DNA of 64,000 bases from an uncultured Gammaproteobacteria bacterium (GTDB taxonomy: Bacteria; Patescibacteriota; Microgenomatia; UBA8517): positions 81,028 to 145,027 of the forward strand of contig OZ246419.1 in assembly GCA_965231135.1 (NCBI GenBank). The letters run 5' to 3'. The notes beneath the pieces were generated by a model. The model was not told where the DNA came from. It did not search any database and was given only the letters and a program-made list of their open reading frames with translations. This document shows, one piece after another, positions 19,702-28,828 of this stretch. A program made the translations under genes and the position numbers. Each line of letters opens with the position of its first letter. Position 1 is the stretch's first letter.

Positions 19702-19911
19702 CTAAAATGGCATCAATTTTCCACCTGTAATTTTCAATGCTTTCGCTAGTTTATGTAAATTTATAAGTGATGGGTTTCTTATTCCCCGCTCGATTTGCCC
19801 TATATAGGTAAAATGTAAACCTGCTCGATCCCCCAACTCTTCTTGAGTTAAATCTCTTTCTTCTCGAAGTTTTCTTAAATGCTTTCCAAAAATTATCCTT
19901 ATGTCTGACAT
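19702..19911 (-). CDS. Cro/XRE-type HTH regulator
   Basis: LTQEELGDRAGLHFTYIGQIERGIRNPS HTH_3; immediately upstream of and co-oriented with the OLD operon. Confidence 0.75.
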   Translation of the reverse strand: MSDIRIIFGKHLRKLREERDLTQEELGDRAGLHFTYIGQIERGIRNPSLINLHKLAKALKITGGKLMPF

Positions 19912-19937
19912 AAAGTAAGCATGAAGAAAAGAAGACT

Positions 19938-20369
19938 ATGTATCCAGAGACGATAAGTCTTATTTATGCTATAATATATTTAATGAAAAACAGTGTTCCT
20001 ATTTACGAAAATAATTATATGGGTTTTTGGATAAAGGTTTATCCGACAAGAGTGGAATTTAAGAGTGGACCAGGCATGGAAACAGTCGCAATAAACCAAA
20101 TAGCAAGTGTGCAACTTGGAATGTTCATGTATATGCAGATAATTATTGAAACGACAGGTGGGCGAAAATACAAAATTCCTTGTGGAGACAAAGAAGGAGT
20201 AAGAAATGCAATTTATGCGGCTCAAGACGCTTTCAACGATAAGAAGGATAATGGCGGAAATACTATGAGTGTTGCTGATGAAATAACTAAGTTAAACGAA
20301 TTAAAAGAAAAAGGCATTATTACTCAAAAAGAATTTGATACTAAAAAAAAGAAATTACTCGATTCATAA
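19938..20369 (+). CDS. SHOCT-domain protein
   Basis: C-terminal ITKLNELKEKGIITQKEFDTKKKKLL short C-terminal oligomerisation (SHOCT) motif; true start may be the internal Met near 19983. Confidence 0.5.
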   Translation: MYPETISLIYAIIYLMKNSVPIYENNYMGFWIKVYPTRVEFKSGPGMETVAINQIASVQLGMFMYMQIIIETTGGRKYKIPCGDKEGVRNAIYAAQDAFNDKKDNGGNTMSVADEITKLNELKEKGIITQKEFDTKKKKLLDS

Positions 20370-20399
20370 CTTCTATCCTAGCTGTATAATCTTATATAT

Positions 20400-20811
20400 G
20401 GATCCGACTACAAAACAAGACGGTAAGGCGGAAAAAGATTTCACCGCTGATGGCAGGTTTGCTTTCGGTAACAAGGCTAACAAAACTGGACGTGGTGGTT
20501 TTGCAGATCACCCAGAGAATAGAAATCCCGGTGGAAGACCAAAGAATCTTGAGTCTTTTAAATACTGGCTTGATTATTTCAAAAAAATGTCAGTAGATGA
20601 ATTTTTGTGTTGGCAGAAAGAAATCTCAAACAAAGACAGAACAGTAGCTGCCGAATTAGCTTTTCTGATGATTGTTTCAGCCAGAAATAATCTGAAAAGT
20701 TTCAAAGAAATTGCTGATATAACAGAAGGGAAACCGAGATTTGCAACTGAAAATGCTGAAAATAAAATATCAAAGGTTAGGGTTGAAATTATAGAAAACA
20801 GAAAACAATAA
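20400..20811 (+). CDS. Hypothetical protein (mobile-element cargo)
   Basis: Start moved to MDPTTKQ to avoid overlap; basic N-terminus with GGRPK motif; no firm assignment. Confidence 0.4.
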
Positions 20812-20848
20812 AAAAATAGGTCTGTCTTATAATATAATTGCCGAATAT

Positions 20849-21613
20849 ATGAATATGAAGATTGAACCAATCAAGGTTACTGTTAAAAATTCCCACCTGC
20901 TAAGTGTGCTTCTCTCCTTTGTTGACAGAGACGACTTCTTAAATGATATTAGCCATATTAGAGAAGAAAAACTAGGAATGTCTAAATTATATAAAAGGAA
21001 ATTGGTTGAAGAACTATATAAATATTATACTGGTTTCAAAATTGGAGCCATTCGCAAAGACGATTTCAAGGGCGTACTCGATAGATTGTCAAAACGATAC
21101 CATATTTTGGACAATTCAGTTCCCCTAGATGAAACAGTCAAAAAAGCGATCGAAGAATCAGTGCAACTGATGCGAAAATATAACAAGAGTGTTTGTTTTA
21201 TGAAAGCCATTATGGTTGCGATGCTTTGTGGTGAAATTGGTAGTAAGGATTACTCAAGCAACACTTACTCCCTTGCACTCAATCCTTATACCTTACGTAG
21301 TGAATTATTTGAGGGATCTTACGATTACACGGCTATAATCATCAGTAGAGAATCAACAATAGAAGAGGTGGAAAATGTGTTTAAACAAATTTATAAGGAG
21401 CATTTTAAGCGTAAGAGGCCAATTAAATTATCAAAGAGCGAGCGATTTAAACCCGTTGTTGATGTTTATAGCAACATAGTCGAATTTCGAAAATGGTACT
21501 GGATGCACAAAGATGTGGGTTATCGCAAAATAGCAAAGGCAACTGCAATACCACTTGAAACTATTATAAGTGGGATTAGGACATATTCTTCTCTAATTAA
21601 AGCCTCTAAATAG
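20849..21613 (+). CDS. Hypothetical protein
   Basis: ORF only. Confidence 0.45.
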   Translation: MNMKIEPIKVTVKNSHLLSVLLSFVDRDDFLNDISHIREEKLGMSKLYKRKLVEELYKYYTGFKIGAIRKDDFKGVLDRLSKRYHILDNSVPLDETVKKAIEESVQLMRKYNKSVCFMKAIMVAMLCGEIGSKDYSSNTYSLALNPYTLRSELFEGSYDYTAIIISRESTIEEVENVFKQIYKEHFKRKRPIKLSKSERFKPVVDVYSNIVEFRKWYWMHKDVGYRKIAKATAIPLETIISGIRTYSSLIKASK

Positions 21614-21844
21614 TGTGGTTTTGAAGATTCTTTAAATCAACAACTCATATTCAAAAGCGATTCTTTTTATCATTTCCTTATATGAAAATGAACAGTTGGC
21701 TTACAGAAGAATTGAAAAGTGAGATTAAAAAGGTTTTTGAGCCTCGTTATAACAGAAAACTATCTAAACAAGAAATTTTACAAATTGCATTTGGTTTGAC
21801 TTCATATATTGAGAATGCTTCAAAGTTTAGATGGAGAGTAGAAA

Positions 21845-22078
21845 ATGCAAACTGAATACAAAACAAAGGATTTAGCAGAAGCGGCGGCGTTAATTGTAGA
21901 AGGTCAATCGTTATTATTTCTTAAAAGAGAGGGTCGAACTTGTTGGTTTGTATTTTCCAACTTCTCATCTTCTAAACAAATTTCAGATAAATTTTTCTTT
22001 GGTGACCTTTTGGTTAACGCAAGAAAATACAAGGAAGCAATCGATTTACTAAAAAGTAGAATTTTTGCAAGAGAATAA
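21845..22078 (+). CDS. Hypothetical protein
   Basis: ORF only. Confidence 0.35.
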   Translation: MQTEYKTKDLAEAAALIVEGQSLLFLKREGRTCWFVFSNFSSSKQISDKFFFGDLLVNARKYKEAIDLLKSRIFARE

Positions 22079-22080
22079 AT

Positions 22081-22437
22081 ATGTCATACCAAGATGAAGA
22101 TGTAAAAATAACAATTTTGTGGAAAGATAAAGGAAATTTGATTGCGAATGCAAATATATCTATCGAGACAGTTTCCTTTGGTTTTATAACAATAAAGGGG
22201 TTTCAAATTTGGAAAAGTGAAGTCCAAAATTCAAGATTGCAAGAATCCATAAATATCACACCTCCATCTAAACCAATGTATGGACATTATTTCAAAATAG
22301 TTTTTTTAGAAAACGAGAAGAGTTGGTTTGAATTAGAGAGAAGACTTTACGGAAAATTTTTGGAAAAGCGTATTAAAATACAGGAAAACGAGAAGATTGA
22401 CTTAGATGAGGTTGACGCTGATTTTAATAACCAGTAA
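22081..22437 (+). CDS. Hypothetical protein
   Basis: ORF only, 2-nt gap to upstream gene. Confidence 0.35.
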   Translation: MSYQDEDVKITILWKDKGNLIANANISIETVSFGFITIKGFQIWKSEVQNSRLQESINITPPSKPMYGHYFKIVFLENEKSWFELERRLYGKFLEKRIKIQENEKIDLDEVDADFNNQ

Positions 22438-22504
22438 TTATATAGTTATAGTTAATATATAGTAACTATACGATTACTTATAAGTGTGAGGTTAATTTGT
22501 TAAT

Positions 22505-24004
22505 ATGAACATGAATAATAAGCTAAAATATATAAGATATTCGCGAAAATCATCTGAAGCGAAAGAAAAACAAGCTCTTTCGATTTCAGATCAGAACTTG
22601 GAATGCGAAAATTACGCGCTACGAGAGCATTTGAATGTTGTATTAAAGCTAGAAGAGAGTCATTCTGCTTATAAGCCAAGTAATCGACCAGAGTTCGATA
22701 AAATGGTTAAATTGATTGAAGCTGGTGAGATTGATGCAATTTTAACTTGGCATGCAAATAGATTGTGTCGTAACCCGAAAGAGGGTGGAATGTTACTTCA
22801 ACTGCTACAAGATGGGGTTTTGAAAGAGATAAGAACAACTGCTGGCGATATTTATACTTCTGAAAGCGATCAGCTTATATTGCAGATTCACTTTGGAATC
22901 GCTAATCAATATTCAAGGGATATAAGCAGAAATGTTAGAAGAAGTCTGTTGCACAAAAGTGAACGCGGTGAATTTCCGAGACAAGCAATTTTGGGTTATG
23001 AAGGAGAAGGTGTGCGTGGAAAAAGAAATATGGTTCCCCACTCTTTTGAAGCGCCTTTAATAAAAGAGGCTTATGAATTGGTTGCTTATAAAGCGTGTTC
23101 TCTTGGATATTTATCGGAATACTTTCATAAAAAAGGGCTTACCACTAAACGAGGGAAGAAAATCAGCAAAAGTCATTGGTATGCGATATTAACAAATCCT
23201 GCTTATTACGGTTATTTTTATTACAGGGAAGAGATTTACAAAGGTATTTATACCCCGATCGTATCTAAAACGCTTTATGACGCAGTACAAACAGCCTTGA
23301 GCGGTCGGTCGAGACCGAAGACTAAGATTTGGAATGCTACTTATAACGGAATTTTTAAGTGTAAAAATTGTGGTTGTTTTATTACTACGACTTTCAAGAC
23401 AAAAAATTACAAAAGGACTCAAAGAACAGTCGATTATGTTTATATGCACTGTACACACAGAAAAGGAAGTTGTACTCAAAAACCTATTACCCTCAAGAGC
23501 TTTGAAAAACAGCTTTTAGATCGAATCTCAAAAATATCCATAGACGAAGAGGTGTGGTCTCTTGGAATTAAATTACTCAAAGCCAAACATAGTCACGAAA
23601 TCGAACAAAATACCAGCCAAAGATTGCAATATCAAACAAAATATAATGCGTACCAGGACAGACTTAACCGGTTAATAAGCATGAGATCAGAAGAAGAAAT
23701 TACAAAACAAGAATTTATAACACAAAAAGAGCTTTTGTTAGGAGAACAAGCACGAGTCAAAAGCTTACTAAATGACACTGAAAGTTCAGAACATACTTGG
23801 TTAGAACTTGCTGAAGATTTCTTAAATACTGCTTTTTACGCACGAGACTTGATAACAAGTGGAAAACCAGACGAAAAACGGAATTTGATTATGACTGTGG
23901 GTGAGAACTTCTTTTTGGAAGATGAAAGGCTTGATTTTAGCTTCAAAAAACCTTATGACATACTACTCATCCCTGACTGCCGTACTAACATGCTCCCCCG
24001 GTAG
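22505..24004 (+). CDS. Large serine recombinase (site-specific integrase)
   Basis: N-terminal resolvase domain YIRYSRKSSE...LSISDQ (catalytic Ser in R.S context), ~500 aa with Cys-rich recombinase/zinc-ribbon region (CKNCGC...CTHRKGSC); 3' end overlaps tRNA-Asn. Confidence 0.85.
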   Translation: MNMNNKLKYIRYSRKSSEAKEKQALSISDQNLECENYALREHLNVVLKLEESHSAYKPSNRPEFDKMVKLIEAGEIDAILTWHANRLCRNPKEGGMLLQLLQDGVLKEIRTTAGDIYTSESDQLILQIHFGIANQYSRDISRNVRRSLLHKSERGEFPRQAILGYEGEGVRGKRNMVPHSFEAPLIKEAYELVAYKACSLGYLSEYFHKKGLTTKRGKKISKSHWYAILTNPAYYGYFYYREEIYKGIYTPIVSKTLYDAVQTALSGRSRPKTKIWNATYNGIFKCKNCGCFITTTFKTKNYKRTQRTVDYVYMHCTHRKGSCTQKPITLKSFEKQLLDRISKISIDEEVWSLGIKLLKAKHSHEIEQNTSQRLQYQTKYNAYQDRLNRLISMRSEEEITKQEFITQKELLLGEQARVKSLLNDTESSEHTWLELAEDFLNTAFYARDLITSGKPDEKRNLIMTVGENFFLEDERLDFSFKKPYDILLIPDCRTNMLPR

Positions 24005-24064
24005 GATTCGAACCTACGACCTTGTTCTTAACAGGAACCCGCTCTACCGCTGAGCTACAGGGGA
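23993..24064 (-). tRNA. tRNA-Asn (GUU)
   Basis: 72-nt cloverleaf folded by hand: acceptor TCCCCTG/CGGGGGA, D-arm GCTC AGCGGTA GAGC, anticodon loop CTGTTAA, T-loop TTCGAAT; no encoded CCA. Confidence 0.85.
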
Positions 24065-24093
24065 ATAATTCAAGAACATGGCTATTATATCAC

Positions 24094-25185
24094 CTAATTT
24101 AGATAATCTCTAAGGTTAATTCTCTTGCTTGGATGGCGGAGTTTTCTTAATGCTTTAGCTTCAATTTGCCTGATTCTTTCTCTTGTGACGCCGAAAATTT
24201 TACCAACTTCTTCAAGGGTTTTTGCTTCTCCCTCTTCGCCTTCACCGTCAAGATTAATTCCAAAACGAAGAGCCAAAACTTTGGCTTCTCGTTCTTGAAG
24301 ATTTCCCAAAACATTTCGCAAATGATCTTTTAACAATTCGCGGGAAGCTGCGTCAACTGGAGACATTTGAGATTCATCTTCAATAAAGTCGCCTAAGATT
24401 GATTCTTCATCTTCTCCGACAGGAGTCTGAAGAGATGTAGTTTCTTGGGATAATTTGAAAATTTCTCTAACTCTGTCGCCTGTTAAATCTAATTCTTCTC
24501 CAATTTCTTCAGGAGTTGGCTCTCTTCCTAATTGTTGCATTAATCGTTGAGAGGTTCGATAAATTTTATTTATCGTTTCGACCATGTGGACTGGAATACG
24601 AATAGTACGAGCTTGATCTGCAATTGCTCTGGTTATTGCCTGCCTGATCCACCAAGTTGCATAAGTACTAAACTTAAATCCTCTTCTCCAATCATATTTT
24701 TCAACCGCTCTGATTAAACCCTGATTACCTTCCTGAATTAAATCAAGCAAAGACAATCCGCGACCGATATATTTTTTTGCAATTGAGACAACCAAACGAA
24801 GATTGCTTTCTGTAAGCTTGTCTTTGGCTTTTTTATCAGCTTTTTCAAACCTTTTGGCGAGCTCTATTTCGTCTTCTGCTTCAAGCAAAGGATATTTACC
24901 AATTTCTCTTAAATATTGTCTTACTGGATCAGTTGATTCTGAACCGTCAATTTTTGAAAGTAACTGAATTTCTTTTTCTAGATCTAAACTTTCTTCTTCT
25001 TCGCCTTCTTCAGGAGCAACTGACTCAAAGACATCAATTCCTTCTTCAAGAAGTAAAGCATACAAATTATCTAATTCATCTAAATGTTTTTCTGCGTCTG
25101 GAAAGCTTTCCAAGATTTCATCCTGGGTAATAAAGCCCTGATCTTTGGCCTTTTTAATTAAATCAAGAGTGGTTTTTCTGAGCAT
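24094..25185 (-). CDS. rpoD: RNA polymerase sigma-70 factor
   Basis: Region 2 [36 protein letters not shown], region 4 HTH; downstream of dnaG as in the conserved dnaG-rpoD operon. Confidence 0.9.
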   Translation of the reverse strand: MLRKTTLDLIKKAKDQGFITQDEILESFPDAEKHLDELDNLYALLLEEGIDVFESVAPEEGEEEESLDLEKEIQLLSKIDGSESTDPVRQYLREIGKYPLLEAEDEIELAKRFEKADKKAKDKLTESNLRLVVSIAKKYIGRGLSLLDLIQEGNQGLIRAVEKYDWRRGFKFSTYATWWIRQAITRAIADQARTIRIPVHMVETINKIYRTSQRLMQQLGREPTPEEIGEELDLTGDRVREIFKLSQETTSLQTPVGEDEESILGDFIEDESQMSPVDAASRELLKDHLRNVLGNLQEREAKVLALRFGINLDGEGEEGEAKTLEEVGKIFGVTRERIRQIEAKALRKLRHPSKRINLRDYLN

Positions 25186-25197
25186 TGGAGAATATTC

Positions 25198-26898
25198 CTA
25201 ATGTATTATACGCTCAAAAGCTCCGGATTCAAAGTCTTTGTATTGTTTTTGATAAAGTAACGCTTTTTCTTTATCAGATTCTTCTTTGTATTTCTTTTTT
25301 AAGATATCCAGATTTAAAAGCTTATATAAATTATTTATTTCTTTTTTGATTGCAGAATCGCTGTCAGAACTCTCTTTTAAAGTTAGCTCTCCATATTTTT
25401 CAAATAATTCTTGTGGCAAATCTTTTGGATTGCCCGTAAACTCTCTAATTAATTTTTTTAAGACAGGAGTTTGAACAAGATCAAGAATCTCTTTATTTTT
25501 TAAAATTTCCGGGTTTACTTTTAAGATAAGACTGATTAAGTTTTCTTCTCTTAATTCTGTAAGAGATTTGGGGAGAATTTGATTTAATGATTCGGAAACT
25601 GGCGCAACACTCTCTGGAACAACTTTTTCCACTTCTTCTGTGACTGCTTCATCTGAAGAATCCAAGATGCGAGCTAATTTGTGGATATAATGTTCCTGGA
25701 CAATTTTATTTTTAATATTTGCCATTAACGGAGTTAGCTCTTTACTTATTTTTGCCTTGCCAGAAGCAGTATTTTTATCAAATTCATTAACAACTGAATC
25801 AATTATAAAATCCCAGACTGGAATTGCTTTATTTATTTTTTCTTTAAGAAATTCAGGGTTCGCTTTTGCTGCCTCATCTGGATCTTTATAAATTCCTAAT
25901 GTCACAACATTTACTTCAAAATCTTCATCTTCAAGAATTTTAATTCCTCGAATCGAAGCTTTAATTCCTGCAAAATCGCTATCAAGACATAAAACAATTT
26001 CTTTGGTGAATCTTCCTAAAAACTTGGCCTGGTCAATTGTAAAAGCAGAGCCTTTAATCGCAACAATATTTTTTATATCAATTTGAAAACTACTTATTAA
26101 ATCTATTTCCCCTTCAACAACGATAGCTTTATTTTCTTTTTTGATAAAATCTTTGGTGAGATTTAATCCATAGAGACTTGAACTCTTATTGTAAATTTCT
26201 GTTTGCGGTGAATTAATATATTTACCTGTATTTGGATCGGCTGGAGGGATTTGGCGGCCAGCTAACGCAATTACATTTCCGCGGTGATCACTAATTGGAA
26301 AGATTATTCGACCAGCAAAACGATCATAAATATTACCTCCCTTTGAAATGAAAACTACTCCTGCTTTTTGTAAATCTTCTTTTTTATAACCTTTCTTCTT
26401 AATTAGATAATCTGATAAATAATTTTTTTTGTGAGGAGCAAAACCAATATTAAAAGTTTTAATAGAATCTGAATTTATTTTTCGCTCTTCTTTAAGATAA
26501 TTTAAAGCAACTTTTCCTACAGGATGAGAAGTTAATAAAAAATTATAAAACTTAGCAGATAAATTATTTATTTCGTACAAGACATCTTTGTTTGATGAAA
26601 CAAAATTATTTTGATTAGTTAATTTAATACCAACCTTGTCGGCTAAATATTTGAGAGCTTCGGGAAATTCCATGCCTTCATATTTTTCAAGAAAAGTAAA
26701 AACATCTCCTCCTTCACCACAGCCGAAACATTTATAAATTTGTAAGTCTGACGAAACCATAAACGAAGGAGATTTTTCCTGATGAAAAGGACAAAGACCT
26801 TTGTAATTACTGCCTGATTTATTAAGCTTTACATGCTCACCAATAATATCAACAATATTAATTTTAGATTTAACTTCTTCTACCTGGGAGTCTGGCAT
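25198..26898 (-). CDS. dnaG: DNA primase
   Basis: CHC2 zinc finger CPFHQEKSPSFMVS...CFGCGEGGD; Toprim EGEIDLIS...DSD. Confidence 0.9.
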   Translation of the reverse strand: MPDSQVEEVKSKINIVDIIGEHVKLNKSGSNYKGLCPFHQEKSPSFMVSSDLQIYKCFGCGEGGDVFTFLEKYEGMEFPEALKYLADKVGIKLTNQNNFVSSNKDVLYEINNLSAKFYNFLLTSHPVGKVALNYLKEERKINSDSIKTFNIGFAPHKKNYLSDYLIKKKGYKKEDLQKAGVVFISKGGNIYDRFAGRIIFPISDHRGNVIALAGRQIPPADPNTGKYINSPQTEIYNKSSSLYGLNLTKDFIKKENKAIVVEGEIDLISSFQIDIKNIVAIKGSAFTIDQAKFLGRFTKEIVLCLDSDFAGIKASIRGIKILEDEDFEVNVVTLGIYKDPDEAAKANPEFLKEKINKAIPVWDFIIDSVVNEFDKNTASGKAKISKELTPLMANIKNKIVQEHYIHKLARILDSSDEAVTEEVEKVVPESVAPVSESLNQILPKSLTELREENLISLILKVNPEILKNKEILDLVQTPVLKKLIREFTGNPKDLPQELFEKYGELTLKESSDSDSAIKKEINNLYKLLNLDILKKKYKEESDKEKALLYQKQYKDFESGAFERIIH

Positions 26899-26921
26899 GA
26901 AGCCAGTTTAACACAAACTTA

Positions 26922-27188
26922 TTATTTATTTTTCTTTGGTCTACCCGCTTTTGCAACTTCTATGTTATTGCGGTGTAATACATCAAGAATTGTACTTGGA
27001 TGATGCCCTGTTTCTCTTCCAATTTCTTTTGAATGTTTTCCTGATGTATATTTTTCTATAATTATTTTTTCTTCATCTAAACTGACTTTTGGCCGAGGAA
27101 TTGGTAAATGATCTTGAAGGATTTCTGTAAAACGAATTGCTAAACCGAGTCCTCCGAATTTATTGCTATGGTTTTCGTTTTCTAGCAT
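26922..27188 (-). CDS. Small putative HTH DNA-binding protein
   Basis: SKEIGRETGHHPSTILDVL resembles a resolvase/sigma4-type HTH; basic C-terminus. Confidence 0.4.
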   Translation of the reverse strand: MLENENHSNKFGGLGLAIRFTEILQDHLPIPRPKVSLDEEKIIIEKYTSGKHSKEIGRETGHHPSTILDVLHRNNIEVAKAGRPKKNK

Positions 27189-27197
27189 TATTTTTTT

Positions 27198-27285
27198 TGG
27201 CGGAGGCGGTGAGATTCGAACTCACGAGACTCTTACGAGTCCAAGTTTTCCAAACTTGTGCCATAGGCCACTAGGCGACGCCTCC
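27198..27285 (-). tRNA. tRNA-Ser (GGA), class II with long variable arm, CCA encoded
   Basis: Reverse complement GGAGGCGTCGCCTAGTGG...anticodon loop TTGGAAA...long variable arm...GTGAGTTCGAATCTCACCGCCTCCGCCA. Confidence 0.85.
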
Positions 27286-27289
27286 AGAA

Positions 27290-27730
27290 TTATTTTTTCT
27301 TAGCCTTTTTCTTTTTGTCTAATTCTTTAAGGAGGTCGCGAGCCGACTTTAGCATTGCCAAATCTTTTTTATTTTTAATTTTTTTTGCAGCCTTTGTGTA
27401 GTCAAGCCATTCGAAATCTAAAAATGCCAAGACTTCTTTTGCTTCTTTGCAAATCATTAAATAGTAGAGAGTTCTTTGAGGAATAGTATTACCACCAACA
27501 AGAGCTGCTCCATTAACCCGGCCGACTTCTTCTTGGACTTTAACATTCATTGCGGCTTGCTCACCCATCATACGAATAACTGCACGAACTGAAGATTCAC
27601 CACGCCTGGCATTTGTTTTTGGAATTTCCCAATCTCCGTCTTCTTTTTGTTTCACTACAAACCAAACTGGCTTATCTTTAACTTTTTTGTAGACAACTGC
27701 ACCACCAACAAGAATTAATTTTTGTTTCAT
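27290..27730 (-). CDS. Hypothetical protein, weak Nudix-like features
   Basis: GESSVRAVIRMMGEQAA loosely resembles a Nudix box; lysine-rich C-terminal tail. Confidence 0.4.
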   Translation of the reverse strand: MKQKLILVGGAVVYKKVKDKPVWFVVKQKEDGDWEIPKTNARRGESSVRAVIRMMGEQAAMNVKVQEEVGRVNGAALVGGNTIPQRTLYYLMICKEAKEVLAFLDFEWLDYTKAAKKIKNKKDLAMLKSARDLLKELDKKKKAKKK

Positions 27731-27784
27731 TGTGCTTGAATTATATCACGAATTCACCCATTCGGCTTCGCTCAGGGCTGTAGG

Positions 27785-27869
27785 CGGCGGGTGCAGGATT
27801 TGAACCTGCGTAAGGATTGCTCCTTTCGGTTTTCGAAACCGATGCAATTGGCCGCTATGCGAACCCGCC
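27785..27869 (-). tRNA. tRNA-Ser (CGA), class II
   Basis: Acceptor GGCGGGT/ACCCGCC, anticodon stem TCGGT/ACCGA with loop TTCGAAA, long variable arm, T-loop TTCAAAT. Confidence 0.8.
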
Positions 27870-27882
27870 AATAAATAACTTG

Positions 27883-27954
27883 TGTACTCGCTGAGAATCG
27901 AACTCAGATCAAAGGATCCGCAATCCCTTATTCTGTCCATTGAACTACGAGTAC
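27883..27954 (-). tRNA. tRNA-Arg (GCG), isotype tentative
   Basis: 72-nt cloverleaf: acceptor GTACTCG/CGAGTAC, anticodon stem AGGGA/TCCTT, loop TTGCGGA (G37 consistent with a CGN reader), T-loop TTCGATT. Confidence 0.7.
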
Positions 27955-28034
27955 TCTTCGACTACGCTCAGAGCTATAGCTTACTCGAATTATATCAAAT
28001 TGAAGCTTTTTTATCGTGAAGCGACAAGCTTTGC

Positions 28035-28547
28035 TTATTTTAAACCGGGCATTTTATTACTAAACCAGTTGGTTGCACGATCTAAACCTGAAGCTGGGAC
28101 TTCTTCATGAACAAGATATTCGCTTAAAGCTTTTTGAATTTGATCTTTTAATTCCGGTTTTGTTACTAATTCCAAACGCCCTGGCAAAACTCTTGTTTCG
28201 ATTATTAATAGTTCGTTATCAAGACGCTTTGCAAACCAAAATCTATTCATAATATTCCAATCAGTTAGGCGCCCCGCAATTTTGATTCCTTTATTTGTAA
28301 TTTTATATTCAATATTTTCAGGCTCAATTGTTGACATAACATACACTAAAAAAACAATAGAAATAATTAAAATTACTGGAAGAAAACCGTCAATTAAAAA
28401 TGCGACTAAACCTGTAACTGCAGCGATTGCAATAATATTTATATAAAATTCACGATTTCGCCTTTTGAAGGGACGAGAAGGTGCAGACCATACAATTAAA
28501 TCTTTTTCCGGAACGTTTTGTTGTACTGTTGTTACTACTTCGGGCAT
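28035..28547 (-). CDS. Membrane protein, unknown function
   Basis: Two central TM helices; no motif. Confidence 0.45.
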   Translation of the reverse strand: MPEVVTTVQQNVPEKDLIVWSAPSRPFKRRNREFYINIIAIAAVTGLVAFLIDGFLPVILIISIVFLVYVMSTIEPENIEYKITNKGIKIAGRLTDWNIMNRFWFAKRLDNELLIIETRVLPGRLELVTKPELKDQIQKALSEYLVHEEVPASGLDRATNWFSNKMPGLK

Positions 28548-28592
28548 CAGGAATATTATACGTCAATTTGATATAATGCGGTAGGTTTGAAA

Positions 28593-28679
28593 GGAGGCGT
28601 CGCCTAGTGGCCTATGGCAGAAGTTTGCTAAACTTCGACCCCTAATCGGGTCTCGTGAGTTCGAATCTCACCGCCTCCG
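28593..28679 (+). tRNA. tRNA-Ser (GCU), class II
   Basis: GGAGGCGTCGCCTAGTGGCCTATGGCA...anticodon loop TTGCTAA...variable arm...GTGAGTTCGAATCTCACCGCCTCCG; acceptor, D- and T-arm near-identical to the inverted Ser(GGA) gene. Confidence 0.85.
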
Positions 28680-28733
28680 CCCAAGGTGTTCGGTCGCATA
28701 AGCGAAGCTTGTGGCGACCCACCTCGCAAGCTC

Positions 28734-28821
28734 GGTGAGGTCGCATAGTGGCCTAGTGCGTTGGTCTTGAAAACCAATATAGGGAATTTCCCTATCGAGA
28801 GTTCGAATCTCTCCCTCACCG
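28734..28821 (+). tRNA. tRNA-Ser (UGA), class II
   Basis: Acceptor GGTGAGG/CCTCACC, anticodon stem TTGGT/ACCAA with loop CTTGAAA, long variable arm TATAGGGAATTTCCCTATC, T-loop TTCGAAT. Confidence 0.8.
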
Positions 28822-28828
28822 CTTAGTT

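Noticed and set aside
21682-21855. Possible 57-aa ORF (MKMNSWLTEELKSEIKK...) in the 230-nt gap upstream of 21845..22078
   Set aside because: It is plausible but has no motif or homology anchor, and its stop overlaps the next start. It is left unannotated rather than asserted.
27290-27730. Calling the 146-aa protein a bona fide Nudix hydrolase
   Set aside because: The candidate Nudix box does not place the glutamates at canonical spacing (GX5EX7REUXEEXGU), so it was kept as hypothetical.
27746-27940. ORF track entries 27746..27940 and 28628..28819
   Set aside because: They lie entirely over hand-folded tRNA genes (Ser-CGA, Arg-GCG, Ser-GCU, Ser-UGA), so they are not protein-coding.
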